Shown one piece after another: positions 54,199-64,000 of a stretch of DNA of 64,000 nt. The number at the start of each line of letters is the position of its first letter. Position 1 is the first letter of the stretch. The notes under the pieces were generated by a model, which was not told where the DNA came from, made no database searches, and worked only from the letters and a program-made list of their open reading frames with translations. The translations under genes were made by a program, and so were the position numbers. The stretch is from assembly GCA_964016885.1 (NCBI GenBank), contig OZ024742.1:181722001-181786000 (forward strand), written 5' to 3'. Origin of the DNA: Eledone cirrhosa. Its lineage: Eukaryota.

Positions 54199-54490
54199 AA
54201 TCGAAAATGCAACTGCAGTCTTATTAAAAAAAAAAATTAGGTTCCTTTACCGGTTTCGCAGTTCTTCTGCTTTTCAAAGTAGAGTTGAGATGGAGGGTCT
54301 GTGGTTCTTAACTCTACTTTTGAAAAGCAGAAGAACTGCGAAACCGGTAAAGGAAGCAAATAAATATATATATATTTAAAAAAAATAAGACTCCAGTTGC
54401 ATTTTCGATTTCATCTTTTTTCCTTATACTTTCACTCGTGTAGGCCACCTCGGTTATTTTTCAATTTGTAAAAAAACCTCACTTTCTAAT
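54199..54490 (+). mobile_element. Fold-back element with HHR 3' half, family E
   Basis: Palindrome 54199-54410; gc-GAAA-ccgg-TA-aagg at 54340-54353; tail ending at (TA)n. Confidence 0.65.
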
Positions 54491-54495
54491 ATATA

Positions 54496-54605
<110 letters not shown>

Positions 54606-54618
54606 AATATATATATAT

Positions 54619-56530
54619 ATCAAAATAAAGATCCGAAGGAATGGTATAAATTTCCAATAATTTTAATCACGACACATGTGTCAATAAGAGATAGATCGAT
54701 CGTGTAGTCATGATCGATTATCACTGATCTCGTCAGGTGAAAATGAATTGTCTTCAAATCCTTGATATGAGGAGAAAATTAACGGTGTTCACTTACAGAG
54801 TTTAGTCCCTCATATGAAGATCAAGCAATCAAAACACGGCGACTGCTATCGTCTTCAGTTAGGGTCATAAAACTATCAAATCTCTATCTCCCAATAGCTG
54901 CAAAAGACGCTGGACATCAATCAAATCTGTAGAATTACAGTCAGTCACAGTTAATGTGAGTAGGTACATACACACTCACACATACATGACGCGAGGTCAA
55001 AGAAAAAAAAAATATACATATACCAACATAGCATCAAATCTGTAGAACTATAGACGGTCACAGTTAGTGTGAGTGAGTACACACACACTCACATACACCG
55101 ACACGAAAGAAAAAATATAAATATACCAACATAGTATTCACCGAAAGTTAGTTTACAAAACAACAAATGCTATATTGGTCAAATCTCAATTTGACGATGT
55201 AAATCTGAAAAATTGGGTCAACCGCAACCCTATACACACGCAAGTAAGTTCAGTTCAATGTTCTGCTATACGTGTATAGATTGAATTGCAACATCCGTAT
55301 CTCGAAATAGTATATGTTATGGTATATACACATCCGTATCGTCCAAAAAAGTGTATATAATACTTACACACATTCTCTGAGTTTTGCTATTCTTTGTTAT
55401 TTTATTTTGCATTTTGTGTTGGATAACACACCTCCACCACTCAAACACCTATCTTAAAAGCCCAAGGGCCCATATGACGGGAAATCGCACATACTGACAG
55501 CTTAACCCAAATACCCAACCCTACACAGAGCCCCTTGGTGGCCTACATAGCGGTTACTTGCACGCACAGATTTGGGGATTCAGATTCTCAATGGGACAGC
55601 GGTACATACTGAGTTCGATATGAGCTGACTACTTGCTCTTCAGAGGGATGTGTATATACCTAAACATACACTTTTTGGGACGATACGGATGTGTATATAC
55701 CATAACATACACTATTTGGAGATACGGATGTTACAATTCAATCTATAAACGTATAGCAAAACATTGAACTGAACTTACTTGCGCGTGTATAGGGTTGCGG
55801 TTGACCCAATTTTTCTGATTTACATCGTCAAATTGTGATTTGACCAATATAACATTTGTTGTTTTGTAAACTAACTTTCGGTGAATACTATGTTGGTATA
55901 TTTGTATTTTTTTTTTCGTGTCGGTGTATGTGAGTGTGTGTGTACTCACTCACACTAACTGTGAGTTCTACAGATTTGATGCTATGTTGGTATATGTATA
56001 TATTTTTTTTTTCTTTGACCTCGCGTCGTGTGTTTGTGAGCGTGTGTGTACCCACTCACATTAACTGTGACCGACTGTAATTCTACAGATTTGATTGATG
56101 TCCAGCGTCTTTTACAGCTATTGGGAGATAGAGACTTGATAGTTTTATGACCCTAACTGAGGACGATAGCAGTCGCTGTGTTCTGACTGCTTGATCTTCA
56201 TATGAGGGACTAAACTCTGTGAGTGAACACCGTTAATTTTCTCCCTCATATCAAGGATTTGAAGACAATTCATTTTCACCTGACGAGATCAGTGATAATC
56301 GATCATGGCCACACGATCGATCTATCTCTTATTGAAACATGTGTCGTGATTAAAATGATTGGAAATTTATACCATGCCTTCGGATCTTTATTTTGATACA
56401 AATACTCCGTTTTACATCATCTAGCTCTTCCCATAAATGGAATTGGAGATATACAAAAGAACTTAATATTGCTAACAAACATTTATTGGACCGTTTGACA
56501 CAACCAATAATACACCTTACTATATATATG
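54619..56530 (+). mobile_element. Large fold-back hammerhead element, family F (~735-bp arms, ~310-bp spacer)
   Basis: Arms 54619-55356 / 55666-56397. HHR on + 56276-56349 (tcac-CTGACGA-long stem II-GAAA-catgtg-TC-gtga). Tail to short TA run near 56525. Confidence 0.85.
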
Positions 56531-56924
56531 TACACCGCCTTCACCACTAATTGATTTGACAGATGTCTTTAACCCATTGATACCAGATTTTATTTGGTCA
56601 GTGGTTCATGTATAAGTTTATATATATAAATGTAATCTGAGTTTTTCGAATATTAATAATAACATTCGTTTCGTTTGCAATTATGCAAACAACCCTCAAT
56701 TTTATAGCCATGTCAGTAGAATGAACCCTTCATTCTTGCTCTTGTGTTGGCATGTGAACAGAACTGCAGACACTAATGTTTCTGGGTATCACCCTTTATC
56801 TGTACAGCTCACTGTTCACCTGCCAAACTGTCAGAGCTAGGGAAAATATATGCTATTTTCAAAAATACACAGTGACTGATCGGCCAGATTTGCATATTAG
56901 CAGACTGGCTAATATATATATATA

Positions 56925-58720
56925 CTATGGACCTCAACCACCAGATAATCAACTTCCTGGACGTGACCCTGTAGTTGGGTACGAGCCTATACAAGCCATA
57001 CCATAAGCCCGGTGAGATTCTATCTTATATAAATTATGCATCAAACCACCCTAGTCTACTCTCAACTCCATAGTATATAGCATATCCCACAGGATATCGA
57101 GGCTTTCCGCCAACGAGGATATCTTCAACCAAGCGGCCGAATACTACAATAAGGCGTTGCTAAATGCCGGATTTAACCGAAGAATCTCCTACATCCTTAA
57201 CGCTAACTCTAGTCATAGGACTAATATTATAGTAAGCCATACCTATAACCGAGTACTCAGCGGCCAAGACTGAGTCAAGAACTATAGTATAGAGAATCAC
57301 ACTAAGGAACACGGCCGCACCGTTAATTACATGAGTGATGGCTTAGAAAACCTACCGCACAATAAGGGTCACGATACTGGCAACGGTAGCTGCTGTAGCC
57401 TACTAGAATTATTCCCTAACTATAAGATTAGCAATGGCGATGGCCTATTACCAACGCCTTCCAACCGGCGTTTAGCTATACATAAACGTAACGGAAGGAA
57501 GGCGCGTGCACCCGAACATAAAGCGAAGGGGACGCATAAGTGGCTACAGCACAGTAACAACCATAAGAACGGTCACCTAGGAAGCACAACCCGTAGCAAA
57601 CCCACAGATACGCGGAAACACCAACGTAATATCCTATGGTTCCATCTTCCCTACTCTCGGAGTGTGGCCTCCGACATACCCAGGATATTCTTCGAAGCCT
57701 TAGAGAAGAACTTCCCACTCAACCATAAATACAGGAAAATCCTCAATAAGGACAATATTAAAATATCCTTCTCTACTACTCCTAATCTAGCAGACATCAT
57801 AGGAACAACTAATCACAGTAAGATCACCAAAACACGGCACCGATACGCCTAGACCCGACAGCAACCCTAATAGCCTTAACGACTCCCTAGCAGCACCCAA
57901 TAGTGTTGGCGACAGCCCTAAAAGATGCAACCGACATAACCGAAGCGAGACTGGAGAGTATGCTGGTAACCCGTACGGGTCACCCACCAGTAACAGAAGG
58001 CGTACAATTTCAAGAGGAAGTGCGAGCTTTGCCTCATGGAACTTTACTATATCATAAGAGCACCCCTCGAACTCATAAACAGCAGAGAAGAATCCGTGAT
58101 AAACTGCAGGCACCGAATACAGATGTCTTACTTCGGATGGAAATCGACTAAGGGATGAAAACCATAAACTGAGTACCCCTGCACCAAACCATAACACTCC
58201 GGTGGGCAGGCCGCGCAAATAAACATCTGTAAACCAACCATGCATCCCAGACCCTGCTTGAATCGACAATAGTAAAGCAGCACCCACAATATAGTAGGAA
58301 AACACCATCATGTGAACGGGTATTAAGCAGTTTGGGGACGATTATTCAAACACCGGCCAGAGTTACTCCCCTTGCTCTGTGGCAAAAACAACACGAATGT
58401 TCGAACGAAGAATGAACTTTGATGTAATTATAACCTTAAAACCCCTCCCGTGTCATGTACTGAATATTATGTAGTTTTCTATTCCCTTGAGAAGCCCTTT
58501 TCTGGCGAAATATACGTAGGTGCTTTTACATAAACATGTTTTAACGGGATATTCTCCTTTGTAATCATTTCACTTGTAAACGCTCTGGTTATATTCTCGC
58601 CCGCTAAATATTAACGCTTCTAATATTTAATCCTGTAGGCACAAGTATTGAGCACATGCACAAGCTATTGGCAACTAACTATATGTATCGCTTATCTTTT
58701 ATTCTCTCTCTCGATACTTA

Positions 58721-58725
<5 letters not shown>
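56925..58725 (+). mobile_element. Second Naiad-type PLE family, 5'-truncated and degraded
   Basis: INFLDVTL*..YKPYHKP..YINYASNHP, RISRLSANEDIFN..YYNKAL; RNILWFHLPYS..F..NHKYRKILNK..KISFSTTPN; KCELCLMELYYI..INSREE..NCRH at ~58018-58115; degenerate HHR near 58483-58520; TA on both sides. Confidence 0.85.
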
Positions 58726-58782
<57 letters not shown>

Positions 58783-58788
<6 letters not shown>

Positions 58789-59120
58789 TAAAACAACGAA
58801 AAATCAGTGATGCACTGGACTCATTTTATTGCGTATTACAATTGTTTCGCCGGCAGGTAGCTCGAGACATGATCACTGTATGGATTTGGCTGATTCTACG
58901 GCTGCAGGTTCCTTCGGACAAGGGTAGTTCGTTCGGAGCAAATTTTCTCAGTGATCATGTCTCGAGCTACCTGCCGGCGAAACAATTGTAACACGCAATA
59001 AACTGAGTCCAGATGCATCACTGATTTTTCGTTTTTTTATACTATCCACACTCTACTCTGTATGAATATTGAGTGCTAATTTTGGCATACCGCCTATGGA
59101 AGCACCATAGCTACCCTTAT
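58783..59120 (+). mobile_element. Fold-back element with HHR 3' half, family G
   Basis: Arms 58783-58878 / 58949-59045; ggc-GAAA-caattg-TA-acacgc at 58979-58996; 75-nt tail. Confidence 0.72.
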
Positions 59121-59168
59121 ACACAAGTATATATACACACACATACACACACGCACACACACACACAC

Positions 59169-59241
<73 letters not shown>

Positions 59242-59568
59242 CACATATATATATATATATGCTTGTGTGTCTGTGTCTATATATGTATGTTTGCATGAAT
59301 GAATACACTAAGCTTTAGATTTAGTAGAATGTACAACCACTAATTTCAGCTATTTCCACTATCGTATACTTTGGTTTCTTGTAATTCCCTGGGGAATTGT
59401 TTGACTAAATGCTTTGCTTAATTGCTTTATTTATTTAAAACAAAATGTTATTCTTTCTCTTAGATTTGAGAATATCTATTTAAAGCAAAGCATTGGCTAC
59501 TAAAATACTAAAGTGGACTCTTGCAATGCTACCGTGGGCCCCCTGGCTACCTGGCCAGTCCGCCACTG

Positions 59569-59638
<70 letters not shown>

Positions 59639-60640
59639 TGTGTGTGTGTGTGTGTGTGCGCGTGTGTGTGTGCTGCAAAATTCTTGATTTGAAACTGTAT
59701 GAGGAAACCGATATTGTTATATTTGCCAATAAAAAGAAACAGACGAACCATATGATTTTCACTCTTTACTGTTCACTATTCATTTGTTCGTCAAAGTTCT
59801 TTCGTCGAACATTCTGTGACCTCCTCGGTGCATATATGTTAATCTTTTGCGCCTCCTCTTCTTTCTGGTCTTAAGCTTCTACTCTGTCCTGACGTTTTCA
59901 AAATATCCCATCTCCGGGGGAATTTTATCCAATCTTTATTGCTTGTTATTCATTCATTTGTCAAAGTTCTTTCGCCACACATTCTGTGACTTTCTCAATG
60001 ACTATCTGTTCTTTTTTATGCCTCCTCTCTGTCTCTCTCTCTCTCTTCATATATATATATAAATACATGCTCATACACAAGCATAACCGTTAAACATCAT
60101 GTCATAAACACGAAGATAGTGAACCAATCCAACGCTATCCACGAACCGAAACAAATACTCGATCTAACTTACCATATGCATACCATACTAAACATTAAAT
60201 AAAAAAAACTAACCCCGAACTAGACGCACTTCCATGCTTATGTATAAATTGTTATATCGTTAGACAGAGATGAAAATAATGTAGAATTGTTATAGTACGG
60301 GATCTAACATAATTTACATGTCTCTGCTACATCGAAATACATAGACTCTTCCATGATCATGTCTGACGATTTCAATTTTGTCTACTTCTGTGGGAGATTT
60401 GTCTTGTAGATAAAACAAATGCGAACCAACACAGCATCCATTCTTTTGTCTATTGTTTGTATTTAATTTTGAAGTCGCGTGATCTAGTGGTTAGAGTGTT
60501 GCATGATAAAGTCGTGGGTTCTTGAGTAAAATGTTTTAATTGACGTTGCTCATTTGATAGGAGATATGAGCAACAGATAGTATGAGCGATAAACCGATCA
60601 GTGGAAACATTGTTTGCTTGGTTTGATCTGACGTTCGGCT

Positions 60641-60675
<35 letters not shown>

Positions 60676-60676
<1 letters not shown>

Positions 60677-60866
60677 ACGAAGGAAATGTGGTAAGGAACC
60701 AGGTGGACCATAACGCACCAAAGTACTCAATACTTAGGGTAGTAGAGTGGGTAATAGGAACAAGTAAGACCCCGACGGCTGAGCTCAAGCCGTTTCGACG
60801 GCTAATTCTGTACAGAATTAGCCGTCGAAACGGCTTGAGCTCAGCCGTCGGGGTCTTACTTCTTCC

Positions 60867-60869
<3 letters not shown>
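60676..60869 (-). mobile_element. Fold-back element, family C, near-perfect loopless palindrome
   Basis: 60754-60869 palindrome centred on tgtaca (60809-60814); tail 60676-60753; TA-flanked. Confidence 0.85.
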
Positions 60870-60903
<34 letters not shown>

Positions 60904-61111
60904 TTGTGTATATATATATATATATATATAAAGGTTAACATATACATAAAGTTATAGATATAGAGGCTACGTTCGGTTATTTGTCGGAGATTTCTCCATA
61001 AGAGCCTTTCTTCTTATAGCTTGTTCTAATTGATTTTTTATATGGTTAATTATGCTAATTAGAAGAAGAAATAGTATATATTTTATCTGATGATTCTAAA
61101 GACATGATTTA

Positions 61112-61234
<123 letters not shown>

Positions 61235-61615
61235 CTGTACCGATTGTGTTGTTATTTCTGTTTACCTTTTACACACACACACACGCACACATACACACGC
61301 GCACACACACACACACAGATATATATATATATATACATACATATATATAACATGTCATACTTTGGGAGAGTCATGGTGCCTATAAAAAGACACGCACCTG
61401 TTCGGTTTCACTTTAATTTATTATCATAATTTCCCAGTCGGTTAGTTTAATAACCGCATGGTTGTTTAGTTGTTGATTTATAATAATAAATTGAAGTGTA
61501 TAACAATATCTATTTCTATCTATGTATCTATCTATATAAAAAAACACACACACACACACATACACACACACATATATATATATACACACACATATATACA
61601 CACACATATACACAC

Positions 61616-61649
<34 letters not shown>

Positions 61650-61897
61650 TTTTACATAGATTGATACATAGATAGAAATAGATATTGTTATACACTTCAA
61701 TTTATTATATGTGTGTATATGTGTGTGTATATATGTGTGTATATATGTGTGTGTATATATAAATATGAGTGTGTATGTGTGTGTGTGTGTGAGTGTGTGT
61801 GTGTTTATATAGATAGATATCCAGGAGATTCCAACCAGAATGGTTGCATTTTTTAAGGGTATGTCAATATTTATTTATAAAACTAACCTATATTATA

Positions 61898-61959
61898 TTT
61901 TATCTGATGAAAGCGCACCATAGTTTGCTCTGGTGGCCCTTGAAATATGTATAATGAAA
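61898..61959 (+). ncRNA. Family A hammerhead ribozyme in a single-arm remnant
   Basis: ttttat-CTGATGA-aagcgcacca..tggtggccctt-GAAA-tatgta-TA-atgaaa, then family A tail and (TA)n. Confidence 0.8.
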
Positions 61960-62325
61960 TAAATATGCTTTTATAAATATAGTTTCCATTTGTTAATATA
62001 TTGTATATATATATATATATATATACATACATGTATCTTCTGCTAGAGGTTACGGAAAACAGATAGTATCAGCTATGGAAAGATCGATGATAACATGCTG
62101 TGCATGTTTGTATATTTTTCGTTTCTCTTTTATCATTCCTATCATGGCATGTGATCCGGGATTACAGTGACCAGTCAACGTAAGAGTCTTTATGTGTTAG
62201 ATCGCTCCACTTACTAGACACGGCAGTCAAAGCTATCTCATCTCATAATGTTATGTCTTAAAATAAAAAAAAGGACATTTTAGACGCAGTGCTAGGTATA
62301 CTATGTCTGATCAAAACAAATGACG

Positions 62326-62356
<31 letters not shown>

Positions 62357-62372
62357 TTTAAGGTCAATGTTG

Positions 62373-62768
62373 CAGACCAGCCAATCTCTAAATTTCCAAA
62401 CGGGGAATACTATGAACAAAAAGTGCCCTAAAAGGGGGAGAAATGAGGTAAAATGGGGAGATTTTACATAATTGTTTCTTCTTTTGGCACAATGCCAGCA
62501 ATTATCCCAGTACATTACTGGTACTTTATTTTATCGACCCCGTAAGGATTAAAGGCAAAGTTAATCTCGGCGGGATTTGAACTCAGATCATAAAGGGACG
62601 TAACTGTGCTGGAAAGCATGCCCGATCCTCTACCGATACTGCCAATTCACCTGCCTAGAGATTTTACATAATGAAAGCTACACCCATTTTCACAAGTGAA
62701 GGCATTTCTCACATACTCCAAAATGGGTGGGAGATCTACCCGTCGGATGGGGATAGTTGACAGGTCTG
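62373..62768 (-). mobile_element. MITE interrupted by a family-1 SINE with 15-bp TSD
   Basis: TSD gagattttacataat at 62458-62472 and 62658-62672; uninterrupted paralogous site at 28044-28058. Confidence 0.88.
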
Positions 62769-63228
62769 AGGCCTAATCTGCTGGTGCCGGGGACTCTCAA
62801 AATAGTCGCTATCGACCTCTGGGGATCTTTGGGTTAAAATATGACATTTGTGTAAGAAATGAAAACATAAAATAATACAATAATATACAATTTATTTTCT
62901 GATTTATATTTACCGATACTACCGATCCACCAACCTTGTGAGATAAACATAATAGATTCTCTCCCTTGCGAATACAGTAAAAATGAGTTCTGACAATATA
63001 ATTGGGAAATATAGCAGAGCACACAACCAAGAAATGAGGCGACAAATTCCATGTGTTGCCTGAATTCTTTTTTGTTTTTATTTCCTACATGCCTTCGTTT
63101 TCTTTTAACAATTGCAAAGGAACACACACACACACATATATATATATGGGCGAGTGTGTTTGCGTTCGTGTGTTTATTTGTGTTTGTGTGTGAATGCATG
63201 CATGCATGTATGTATGTATGTATGTATG

Positions 63229-63570
63229 CAACCGTGATGGTATCCAATGATGTTGACTTGTTCTTCTTTTTGGTAAATATCATCTTGGTTAAGAGAGTGG
63301 GACTGGCTTTGTGCAGTGCCTTTGCTCACTATAAAAGCTTCACGGCACAGGCATTGCTTTATATCTGGAGATCTCTCTGCACTTGTCATCACATGGTACC
63401 ATGGGCCCAGTAATTGTGTCAGTAATTGTCACAAGTGTAGTGTATGTACCAGAGTTTTCAAGTCGCTGGCTGGACTAAAAAGTCACACTCGTTCAGCGCA
63501 TCGGTAAGGGTTCTCCTACATGGATATAAAGTAGTGGCCGTACTCGAAAACGAGTTGGCAGCCACCATGT
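63229..63570 (+). mobile_element. RTE-derived short element copy (5'-truncated) in (TATG)n
   Basis: Matches 5568-5909; ORF 63316-63507 ends [26 protein letters not shown]. Confidence 0.85.
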
Positions 63571-64000
63571 ATGTATGTATGTATGTATGTGTGTTCATTT
63601 GCTATTATTAAATGAAAATGTAGGTATTGTTTTAATGTAAAGAAATAGAAAATCAAAGGAGATGCCACATTGAAATCATACACAGATGTAGCTTTCCATG
63701 CACATAAGCTGCATACATACACATACGGTTGCATCCTATACCCATACATCTGCATCCATGGTCATTATAACACAATTTCTCCTCCCTCTACACTTTCTGA
63801 TGCATGCGTGCGTACGTGTGCACGCCCTCACACCTCTGACACAGACATCTCAGGGCTCTCGCTTGAGGGTGCATGTGTGCTTGCTTCTCTTGCGGCACTT
63901 GTCACATGACACCTAGTATCACGACTGTAGCGTCCTCGGTGTTGAATGTTTCCCACCATTCAACTATTCTGCACCACTTTCTGGGTCTATCCCCCTCTCT

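Overview
Eukaryotic, AT-rich, repeat-saturated DNA. The SINE families and very long (TA)n/(CA)n/(GA)n tracts suggest a cephalopod such as Octopus (inference). No complete host gene is visible; there is one candidate terminal exon near 53.7 kb (- strand). Recognisable content: a slightly degraded Tx1/L1-clade LINE (1-5090), an apparently intact Naiad-type Penelope-like element (PLE; RT + GIY-YIG, 6646-11068) with pseudo-LTRs and hammerhead ribozymes, several PLE/RTE/mariner relics, a short RTE-derived element in (ATGT)n tracts, two tRNA-SINE families, hAT-type MITEs and a 26-bp minisatellite complex (25.3-30.6 kb). The strongest signal no ORF explains is more than a dozen non-coding fold-back elements from several sequence-unrelated families. 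They share one layout: (TA)n - inverted arm - loop - direct arm with a whole or 3'-half minimal hammerhead ribozyme - short asymmetric tail - (TA)n. Several fold back at hammerhead stem II, and the intact PLE shows the same layout at its 5' end, making it or its relatives a plausible mobiliser. PLE hammerheads and partial inverted pLTRs are established knowledge; the density, family diversity and geometry here are what merit follow-up. Coordinates were read by eye and may be off by a few nt.
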